From NCBI RefSeq assembly GCF_037042905.1, contig NC_087251.1, forward strand, positions 19,408,001 to 19,472,000: a stretch of 64,000 nucleotides of DNA, given 5' to 3'. The translations under genes were made by a program, and so were the position numbers. The DNA comes from Lytechinus pictus. Taxonomy: Eukaryota. The stretch's first letter is position 1. The number at the start of each line of letters is the position of its first letter. The notes under the pieces are model-generated. The model was not told the origin of the DNA and made no database searches. It saw nothing but the letters and a program-made list of their open reading frames with translations. Below, piece by piece: positions 53,551 to 64,000 of the stretch.

Positions 53551-55149
53551 TACTCGAAATTAGCTGTAAAAACTTCAACATATACCATTTTGACATTAAT
53601 TTTTTTCGGGGGCGGGGGACTTTGTTCTATCAGTTTGATTAATTAATTGATATCAAATATGAAAAATATGATGAAATGTTCATGATCCCAAGAAAATATA
53701 TTAAAAAAAGTTAAAAAATCGGTCTTTTGATTTGAATACCTAAAACTAAATACTCGTGTAACTCATGGATTTGAACCAAAAATCAACCTCCTTCACCTAA
53801 GGAATTACTGTAATAGGACTATATATATACCAAAACATGCCAAAAGAGACAATTCAGTTTCAGTGAAACTTCGATCATCCTATGAAATATGCCCTTTTCA
53901 GATCAACTCCTTCATATTCACTATTTATCCTTTACATACAAATGTAATTTCTATGTTTTTTTTTTTATATTTGAGTATTATGAGAACCACATGCCTATCA
54001 GAAAATATTTAGTTCGGAATTTTAGTCGAGTGATGTCTGCCCCCCCCCCCCCATCCCCCGTCTCCATGATATCCATCCCTCTCTTTCTCTATTATCTCTA
54101 GTCCCCTCTAGTCTCACTCTTTTCTCCTTCTACATCTATCCTTCTTCACAATCGCTTTCTAATCAGTCCCATGTCCTTCCTCTGTAGAGTGCTTTCGACA
54201 GGTTTGCACGAAGGATGTGGTTAGCTGACTCAGTGGTCAAGCTAGGAGAGAGAGAACATGGATGCCGACATTTCATCGCCCAGGGATCCCTGATGGCATT
54301 TCATGTTCATCATCCGTTCCCATAGCCAAGTTCGATGCTCGCTGACGTTTGAACTGCAAGACCCACACAGGTCCCAGTCCCTGTGCACGTCTACGCTCGT
54401 ACTCGGGATCCACATCCAATACTTTTCAGTTCTCATTGACTCAATTGCCGTCATTAATCTCGGCAATGGAAACAAAACGCCATAATGCACAGTCTCTACC
54501 GCGAAGCAGTGAGCCTGGCTATACGATATACGTTGACGATGAATGTTGCATTTGGCGCGAGGCGGTCGCATATCACAGGAACCCTAACCTTGAATGTTTC
54601 ATGATGCGACACTGTTTTCTCATTTACCTCCCTCTGTTCTAACCAGCCCCATCAATATTATTTCAGAAATTATAAACCATCAATGGCTAACATTACAGGA
54701 AAGAAACGGGTATGTTCTGCGCGGTTGGGTTATCGTATATTATGCCCGCTCAGTCCGTTATAAGTCCCGTCGTAAGTACCCTTCTCTCTCATCCTCTTTC
54801 TTCACATTAAGGAAAGTCCATTCATAAGATCAAGGATCTAAAGAGGGGCATCAAATTTGCATGCACCGTGTATTGTAGGCCAAGCTATAAAGCACCCAAA
54901 GGGCCAGACGAATGACTAGCTCGAATGATGGTATTTCCACTGAATATTGACTTTCACGACGTGGGTATGCCACTTTCTTCTCTAATATCTTTGCTGTGAT
55001 CATGATATTCAAGTGCTGGCTTAGGGGGCAACTACGATTACTGTGTGCAATATATATCTTCAAATCAATACGAGAAAAACAGAATCAACATTCAAGCATC
55101 ACAGTTTATGGCCTATTTTCTTATTCTTTCAGTATAGTGCATGAGGTCT

Positions 55150-55511
55150 ACAGGTGAGGGAGCAAAGCGATTGAGCTGGTCATGACAGGATTATCAAATT
55201 ATTTCATTTTCACATGTACTTATTACAATATACCATCAAGTGTTGCGGTTTTAAAAAATATATAAAACTAGGGTTGAAAATTCGTTTTCAAGTCAGTACT
55301 ATAAAAAAAAAATTAGTTCGCGCTGCGCGCTTGCATTATGTATTCAGTAAGATGCATACATCAACATCAGTAAGATGCATTATCAACGACCCTCACTGCT
55401 GGTGCCCCTATTTCAACATGTTCAAATTCCTGGTTCTGCCATCACGTGTGTGCTCCCATTCACCCGACCCCCCCCCCCCCAAAAAAAAAAAATACTTTAG
55501 CTACGGCTCTG
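55150..55511. mobile_element. Fragment of a hAT-like MITE
   Basis: GTTCGCGCTGCGCGCTTGC motif, poly-C/poly-A subterminus and GCTACGGCTCTG end; left end not resolved. Confidence 0.4.
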
Positions 55512-56494
55512 GTGATCAGGGGAATACAGAAGGAATCTATATCCATTATATCAGAAACGGATGATAAAACTAGAAATGAGAGAATCAGTTCAGTTATTAC
55601 GTTTCATATAGTGCGTTCTTCTAAGTTTAAATGGGGGGGGGGGGGGGCTTATGCATAAGAATCTATATCATTACAAAAGTGGAATGATCCTTAATAACAC
55701 GGCCTGGGGTAAAGAAAGGGACACCTATCACTGCTTAAACAAATAATGAAAATTTTTAAAGGGGAAGTTATCATAACTAAAGAAGGGAACTTAGTAGAAA
55801 CAAGAAGGAGAAAAAGAAAACACTTATCATTAAGAGTTGAAACGGGACTCCTGTTTAAGGACAAATGCCCATTTAAAATTGAGAGCATACTAAGAAAAAA
55901 TATACATTTTACTTGTATGTAAAGTTGAAAGGGACATTTATTAAAATCAAATCATATAAAGACAAATTGTATACTCATCATATAGAAAATACATTTTTCT
56001 AGGGGGAGGGAGTGGTACTTGGAAGGGGGCACCGTCCTCCCTACCCCAAGCATCGTCTGTGAAATAAACTCTTCACAATGTTTATAATAATGTCATGGTT
56101 CTGAAATGAAAGATATCCGTCCATTATTTCTATTCATGCTCAAATTGTTAACAGCTATCACATCATTGATATATGCTTCCATCATTTTGATCTCGGATAT
56201 TTATTTTACATTTAGTACTGATGTTCATCTGTACAGCCGCATCCTATTTTCCTTTGCACGTTGTGATATATATAATTTCTAGTGAATGCAACATGCGTGA
56301 TATATTTAACGTCATAATGACCGCTGCTCGCGTGTATATTAATATGCATACGGCATGATGAAAAGTACACGCAAAATACATTCATGAAACGATCATGTTG
56401 CTGTACTTTCTCCAGTCCGTGTTATACTACTACTAGCTGTTGACTCATGCTTAGCCATATTTAGCCACATTATAAATGGTAAAATGGGACGTGG

Positions 56495-56512
56495 AGGTCA
56501 CCTTAATGACCT
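56495..56512. promoter_or_regulatory. Perfect nuclear-receptor half-site inverted repeat (IR6)
   Basis: AGGTCA-ccttaa-TGACCT. Confidence 0.35.
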
Positions 56513-56903
56513 TCCGTACCCCGAACAGACCCATGGTCACGGACACCACATAAACATGGCTCATTCGAGCTAGTCTTTTAATTCAGACCCATCGGAGCGT
56601 TGATAGAACCGTGTAATTTCGGTGCGTTTCGGAGTATTTCAGATGGCAAGGTGTGCATACAGAAGAGTGATTTAGGTTATAAGCCTTATGTAGGGCTATT
56701 GTGGCGTGTAAAGTTTCACATTTTTGAAAATCAGAATGATGAATCGCGACAGCGAAGTATAATACGGTAATTGTCGTATATAGGAGAGGAAAAGGTCCCC
56801 TTCAAAACATGTCTTGTTGTTTTGGTTCCACTATTTTCACATAATGCTATCCAAAGTTCGTACACTAGATTACTTCAAATTAAACGATGCCAAAGTATGA
56901 CTT

Positions 56904-57117
56904 TATGGCCCTGGGAAGTGAGGGTGCTGTGGGTGCTGAAGAACCCCTAAGATTTGTCTAGAGGTGCTGCGTGTGTTATTCACCATAGGAAGTGCCCCCT
57001 GGAAATAAGAAAGTTGTGCTAAAAAGTTGAAAAGGACATTCATTTTGAAATGGAAACCCTTTTTTGGTTGCTTATCAAATTTAGGTCAGCCCCCCTAAAA
57101 TCGTCCCCAGGACCCTA
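56904..57117 (+). mobile_element. hAT-like MITE, family A copy 1
   Basis: TATGGCCCTGGGAAG...CCCCAGGACCCTA with perfect 8-bp TSD TATGACTT (56896-56903, 57118-57125). Confidence 0.85.
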
Positions 57118-57126
57118 TATGACTTT

Positions 57127-57540
57127 AGGCCACCGCACACCTTACGACTGTTCGCGATCCGATTTTAGAATAAAACGTAGTAGAATTTGATGCTAATATT
57201 GAGACATGGAATATTTTACTGTGTAATGTTCTAAATCATCGTTCGAATACCTATGTTCAAATCCGTGACTATGCCATCATCCTTCTTAGAATAAAAGCAA
57301 ATTTAATATCTAGTCGTAATGACGTCATAGCAGTCGTACGATTGGCTACGATTCGAAACTAATTTGACCTTTACTCCAAAATAAAGGCTTGCAATCTTTC
57401 AAAATGGTTATATTAGTATTCTTTCAATTAGTTTTAACCTCAAATAAAATGATATGTTCCATTCACATTTTCAGAAAATGAGCAAAATGCGATTTGTTCC
57501 AAAATCGGATCGCGGACAGTCGTAAGGTGTGCGGTGGCCT
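57127..57540. mobile_element. Young PIF/Harbinger-like MITE
   Basis: Near-perfect ~40-bp TIR AGGCCACCGCACACCTTACGACTGT.CGCGATCCGATTTT; TTT flanks both sides. Confidence 0.88.
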
Positions 57541-57589
57541 TTTGTGATATAGAGACTCAGTGGTTTTGCTCCTGTGCTTAAACCCCCGA

Positions 57590-58545
57590 TTCCCGCAAAA
57601 TGCAAGACCGTTGAAAGACCCCTGAAACACCATGAAACTTACTTGATCTTTCAGTGGTCTTTCAATGAACTTTGAGATCTTACATGATTTCTGAGCTATC
57701 TTCAAGTAGTCTCCGGTTCCAGACAGAACATGGTCTTGCAGTGAGTGGTCTATTAGTAGTCTTTCAAAGATCTCTGATCTCTTGACAATTTTTCATTTCT
57801 TACGGAGATCACTGAAATACTTCTAAGAGAACTTTGAAAGATATATTGAAAGAAAAATGAAACTCCATGACAAGATTACCGGAAGATTTTTGCATTAAAA
57901 ATCTCTGAAAGACCATCGAACTACCAAAGATTCTCTGCGACTAATAATTGTCTAATGTAACCTTAGCAGATCTCAGATTCCTCTCGGAGGTCTTGGTCAG
58001 TCTTTCAGAGTTCTTTCAGTGGATGTTGCCAGTCTTTCTTTTGGTGATATCTCAATAGTCTTATTGATCTCTCTCAGAAAACTTCCAGCTGTCTCCAAGC
58101 TCCTATGTGTTGCTGCTGGAAAAGTTGTTTTTGTCAGTCTTTCATTGTTTTTCAGAGTAATTTAACAGACGTCATAATTTTCAGTGATCTTCAAGGCTGC
58201 TGAAAGACCTTGCTATTCAGTCTTTCACATGGCCCTGGGAAGCAGGGGGTGCTTGGGGTCCTGAAGCACTCTCAAGATTTTCCTGGGGGTGCCGCTGCGT
58301 GTGTTATTTTCCATAAGCATAGGTAGCAACCCCTGTAAATCTGGTAGGTATGATATCAGAAAAGTTACCAAAACGACCTTCATTTTGTGTGAACCCTCCC
58401 CCCTTTTTTTTTGCTGTCTAATTTTTTTTTTTTTTTTTTTTTTTTGCCTGTCAAATCTACTTCAGCACCCCCTGTAAAAGAAAAAAAGTCGTTCACATGG
58501 CTTTGGTCTTGCAGTGGTTTTCGTAGGGTCTCTATTCTGTGGAAT
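57590..58545. mobile_element. Degraded element rich in TGAAAGAC/GTCTTTCA repeats
   Basis: Motif repeated in both orientations throughout. Imperfect ends ATTCCCGCAAAATGCAAGACC / GGTCTCTATTCTGTGGAAT. Interrupted by family A copy 2. Confidence 0.6.
58228..58505 (+). mobile_element. hAT-like MITE, family A copy 2
   Basis: CATGGCCCTGGGAAGCAGGGGGTGC..., shares GCTGCGTGTGTTATT; TSD GTCTTTCA / GTCTTGCA. Confidence 0.8.
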
Positions 58546-59817
58546 GGTGACCTGGCAATCCTTGACAATCCTGCATGAAGGTGATGGTCTATACTATGAT
58601 TTGTGTGTAACGTATCATTACCGAGCAAGTGATAGTACATCTAAATTATGATCGCCTGAAATCAAATGGTTAGGCTATCAAGTCATGCATCATTGTGTGT
58701 TTTTACCACGATCAACCTCAGAAAGGAAAGAGATGTATATTTTTGTGAGACAACAGGACCATTTTTTCTAAAGAAGTGTAGGTTTAAAAATATTACACCT
58801 CTGGCGTGAACGTGTTTTTTTTTTGTGTGTGTGTTTGTCTTGTTTTTTTTATTTATTAATTTTTTTATTTATTTAAAGTTTCAAGTTTGGTTTGTTGTAC
58901 AAGCGCATAATGTAATATCATATAGACCATGCAATTCAATGTAGTACAGAGATCATACATTATTTTCTTGTCTGATGATTTTTTGTTGTTGGGAAAAGTT
59001 CATAAGGTGGGTAATTCTGGATCAATGGTATAGCAGCTTTACTAGTAGTTTGATTAAATCATTTGTTCATTTATTTTACCATTTATTTCAAACAAGAAAT
59101 AAGAGGAAAGTCGGTCAGTTAAAAACTTAATAATACAAGCAATTCTTTAACACCACAGAAAACACAGCTGAGTTTTTGATCACGAGAGACGAAGTTCCAA
59201 TGCATACTCATTCTACTTAATTAACCACGCTATAATTACCTCAGTATATTTAAAGGTAATATTCACAAAACCTGGGTAGGTTTAGGAGAAGAAGAGAAAG
59301 CTCGGACGAGAACAGCACGTAACATAACATACCGATCTGGACACAGTTGCCCCCCCTAAAATATGCATGTTTTCATCCTTTCTTGTGTTAGGCCACTTCT
59401 CACTCCTGAAATGGAATAAGTAATGCTTCAGGATATATAGTATTGTTAGCTTATAAATAGATTTGTAAGATAAGTGTTCAAATTTCTTCTTTTGAAAGAA
59501 TAAAAAACATTACCAATAAGGGGTCTTAAATTTCCTCATAAGAAAACATTGAATTTCACGTAGAATAAATAGATGAACACACAAAAGACATAATGGTCAA
59601 TACGCTTTCGTAAGATTTGTGTGTTGCTCACATTATTGAACTATTAGGTTTTCAATATATTAAAGTGATCTTCAGATATGTTAAGGTACTTTTCTTTGCT
59701 CGTCGGCTACTGTCATCGAATGATACATTAACTTTTACAGAGCTGCAAGAATATCTATGTGGGTTTTTTTTTCTCTGTTAACAAGTCGTTAAATAATCTA
59801 CGATTAACAGTTAAAAC

Positions 59818-60153
59818 CATCATGACGCTGGGAAGCGGCGTGCGAAAGCACCCCCCGAAATTTTCTTTGGGGTGCTGCGTGTATTATTCTTCATAGACAG
59901 CACCCAATGTATTATAGAAGATTAGTAAAAATTGAAAAATGTACTCAACATGACCTTTATATTGTAGTTAAACTTTTTTTTGCTTTTCAAATTTATCGGA
60001 ACCAATTTGATCTCCATTTTGCAGTGAAAAACTTTTTTTTCTCCTTTTTTTGCTTTACAAAAATCTCGGGACCAATTTTATCTCCATTTTGTAGTGACAA
60101 ACCTTTTTTTTTGCTTTTCAAATTTACAAAACAAAATCGTTCCCAGGGCCCTG
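59818..60153 (+). mobile_element. hAT-like MITE, family A copy 3
   Basis: CTGGGAAGCGG...GGGGTGCTGCGTGTATTATT...AAAATCGTTCCCAGGGCCCTG; TSD GTTAAAAC / GTTATAAC. Confidence 0.8.
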
Positions 60154-62347
60154 GTTATAACACGCAGCCAAAAATATTCATTCATAAGTGTCTTAATAGC
60201 TGGTGGTTTATCACTTATACGCCTTGGAAATGGCGCCTCGAAAAAAATAATGTGAAATGAGCTCATAACAATTGTGCTGAATGGAAATTTCCCCACCCCC
60301 GTAGTTTTGTTCTAGTTTATATTTTCATATATTTTTTGATGATGTCTCTGTCTCACATTCTCCCCCATCATCCTTGCTGCTGACTATGTAATGTATACGT
60401 GGATATATAACGAGATACTTGTATGATCTAATGCAGACACAAGTTGATTATCTTTCATTTTAATTGTACAGTCATTATTATGTGTTCACAACTTAATAAA
60501 TGTTGAAACATTTTGTTCAGAGTTTCAGAACTGTCACGTTCAGTCCCATCGAACCGACCTCATTTCCTTTTAATATATTCGCACTTTGTTTTGTAATCTT
60601 TTAGCTGCTATTAACATGATTAAAGTACTATTAGTTTTTTACTGTATTGATTTTATTTCATCTAGTTCGACTTGATATCCGAATAAGTCCAAACTTACAT
60701 TCTTCCTTAACCCTACTTGATTTTCGCATTGCCGTTACAAACCTATTTTAGTAAAGAAATCAAAAGGAATAAATAATGTGTTCAGTTTAGCTGACCTTTA
60801 AACTTTGGTTACCAATTAAAAAAAATAATAAATAGCTGCTGTGATATTCTAAACACGCAAAATAGGTTATTAATTTTGATTTGAAATTCATTAGTGAGAA
60901 TATTTTCCTTATTTCAAATGGTAATCCATACCACTGTACAAATAAATGAATCCCATCATTCGCTTAACCATTTTGTTAAGATAGACCACTAACATCTTTC
61001 TGGAGTATCCTTGGGATCAGCGAGAAACCCAAATTACTTTTGATTGCGCGCCAAAACACCAGCGCTCAAACTTGTCAAAAAATTCGTTTAGCAGACGATC
61101 ATGCGCGGCGCGATGACGTGCGAGCGTGGACATTGTACTTTCTGCGAATGATAAACCAGGGCAGAAGCAATGACATTGGATGAAACAGGAAAATGTGACA
61201 AGACACACTGATGGATTCCCCACGCCATCGGAGCTATCTTCAAGACTTGCAATTTTCATACTTTCTTGACAATATTTCTCTTTCTCCCTCTCCCAAACTA
61301 GGTCTTTGGTTTTGGCGTATGATAATCAAATAACTGACAAGCATTTTCTCAGACTGGGTAACGTAATTAAACAATTTTTGAAGACGCGAGGGTATCCATA
61401 AGGCGGGACATGAACGGGAGTGGTTTAACATCGGGAGCAGAGATGATGCTATGATTAATTAAATCATGGTCTGACTAGAGGAGATAGCCTTTATACATAT
61501 CAGCATATAACCAGGGCAGTGGTATAACGAACAATCATTAATTGAATCACACTAATTAAACAAATGACGTATTAAAGAGATTCAAATGTGCTGATTCCCA
61601 GGTCACTGCGATATTCATCGTTCAAAGAAATACATGCCGTGAGCTAAATGCAACCACAATACCTCGTTTAAGCTCTCCCTTATTATTACCTTGGATTGCT
61701 ACCCAGTGATATTGATGTTGTTTAAACCCAGAAACAATCTAGAAAAGCTACGCAATTTATTATTTCATTTTATCATTCACTTTCATTTGGACAAAATAAC
61801 TATGATGCATGAAAATAAAACTATATCGGCAAGTATTGCTCATTGAGCTCGGTTATCAATCGTCTTGATTACACTAACAAAGAATACCACACTACAGACA
61901 ATCAAGTTAAACAAATAGCCCCAAATTGATTGAATAATTTATTGATCTATTCGTTTATGCCCCTCAGTAACCAATATGTTTCTTTAAAATTGGTCAATAC
62001 GAATCAATAATCAATTTGTCATCTGAACAAAAGTGTTTGCATGAAAGGAAGCGAAATAGAATGATCATCTATTTTTTATATTGTAGGTGTGTAAGAATGG
62101 AATGCTGTCATAACAACATAATTATTAGAAGAATGGCCAGCCCCTTTGACTTAAAGATTAATAAATCAGTAGATGTTCCCGAATATTGTTTTCCGATTAC
62201 TCTTAACCTTTATATCTCGTATCATTTTCTTATCAAACCTACATCTGTGCAGGCATTAAGTTAAGAAACAAATTGGGAAAGAGAGAAAAAAAAAGGAAAG
62301 ACGAAAAAGAGAGACAAACTTATAGAGCCTGCATGTTATTTCCAATT

Positions 62348-62490
62348 AAGACTTAAAAGATCTAGCGCTATAAAAGTGTTTAAAAAAATAAACAGTCATG
62401 TGCAAACTATATACACGTTATTTTTTTATCAAGACTTAAACGATCTAGCGCTATAATAATGTAACTCACTATGGATTAATGTTTAAAAAA
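62348..62490 (+). repeat. Short direct duplication, 83-bp period
   Basis: AAGACTTAAA(A/C)GATCTAGCGCTATAA at 62348 and 62431. Confidence 0.8.
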
Positions 62491-64000
62491 AAACATGTTC
62501 AAGATTTTTCATTTGGTAAAGGAATGACAGATCAAGAGCGATAGATGAAGGCGTCTTTTCACTCAAGAGCTTTCAAAACACAACGTAAATAGTGTGAACA
62601 AACCTGCAAAGTGAAAATTTGACACCCCTAAAGTAGGTTAAGTAAATCCTTCATTCACATTACGCTTTAGAGAGCCCCGCGATATCGCCCGACAGGAGTT
62701 CTTGGTTTTCATTTAGCGATATCGCTGGCGCTCTACGCACGACCTACCGAGTACTCCATGAGCGGTATATGTACTCCCTTCAGCATCTGTGCTTATTCTG
62801 TACGACCACTTTAAACATTGCAGAATTACTTCAGTGGTTTGTCAACATGCATCTAACTCGTCCCTTCTTCTTAATTGTATCTCCTCTCGACACATTGGCC
62901 ATTTAAACAGCTGGTTCGACAAGGTAAAAAGAAGGCAGATCGAATATCTCTTTAACAGGCGACACATCGCTATTTTGCAGTCGCTACTGTAGCTGCAGCT
63001 AGCACATCTCACAGGTAGCATTGGCAACCACGTGATACTGTCCATGTGACCAATCTCTGGAACGCCATGATGAGATCCCAGACGATTACCCCTCGATCTC
63101 TCTCTCCCTCTTTATCGTTATTCGTGCTACCCTTTCTCAGTATATTTTCAGATGTCCCATCCTTTACCCCTTATATTCTATCTCTCCTAGTCTCCATTTT
63201 CTCTCCTCTCATCTCTCTTCCCTTATCTCGTACAAAAATGTATTTGTCTTTTCTTAATGTATCTTCATTTTATCCCTAGACACAGAAAAGTTTGACTTGT
63301 TTCCGATTGACGCCTTTCTTATGAATTTTTGTTGAAAATTAATATTATTTGTGATTAAAAGACCATTAAAGTTTTGAGAAAACCCACATCTTACCTCATC
63401 TTTATCATGTTTAAGGATCGGGAAAGGGCGGGGTGGGCGTATATAGCAATCTGGATTTATAATAAATAATAGGGAGATTTCAACAGGTTATCCAAATCAT
63501 GAACGCTTTTGATCTCTTCTGTATGGATCGTGCCTAAATTATCAAATAGAAGATTAAAGCTGGATTCGAAAAAGATAACAAGCCAATCACTATTACTGCC
63601 TACTTCAGTTTGAATAACATTAAAACTCATAACGAGGGATGTTTCATCATAATAGTGCGGTAGATTTGGTAATTTTCTTTCTTTCTGTCTTTCTTTCTTT
63701 ATTCCATAACTATAAAAGTTGTGTCAATATAGGATTGCCTATTATTTGCAATAAATCATTTAAATATTGGTAGCGCACAATAGTTACATTAATTTTGGTA
63801 AAAAAAATCAGGCATTCAATAAAGCGAATTACAAGTATTTTTTTCTCATATAGTTCGTTAAATATGTGTACTTCCACATTTCCCTTTTTAGGTATATGAA
63901 TAAAAATAATGTATGGCAAAATTATTCGTTGCATGGTCAAATAAAAGATGTGCTTAAGATAACCCATGTCGCGCCACACAGCAATATCACCTCGGTATTT

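Noticed and set aside
53190..53646. Poly-Ile/Asn/Ser ORFs
   Set aside because: Translations of trinucleotide microsatellites

Overview
AT-rich eukaryotic DNA, probably from an invertebrate deuterostome such as a sea urchin (inferred from the repeat families only). Almost all ORFs in the supplied track look spurious. The key feature is too short for that track: a minus-strand first coding exon at 44892..44841 encoding MSRRKQDKPQQLKIPMA, followed by a strong phase-1 donor (CAG|gtaaga). This is the N-terminal NuRD (RBBP4/7)-binding motif of the SALL/spalt, BCL11, FOG/ZFPM and ZNF423/521 zinc-finger repressors. The exon lies in a CpG-rich promoter region (~44.3-46.5 kb). Everything to its left (1..44840) appears to be a very long, CpG-depleted intron. 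That intron holds small CpG-retaining islets, several of which carry ATG-initiated phase-1 mini-exons. These are candidate alternative first exons that would replace the NuRD motif. To the right is CpG-normal upstream DNA with a nested transposon cluster (a 5'-truncated CR1/L2-group LINE with one frameshift, plus CACTA-like, hAT-like and Harbinger-like MITEs) and several enhancer-like islands. Other repeats: a 1.7-kb foldback element, two tRNA-derived SINE copies, Sola2-like and Blackjack-like MITEs, and microsatellites.
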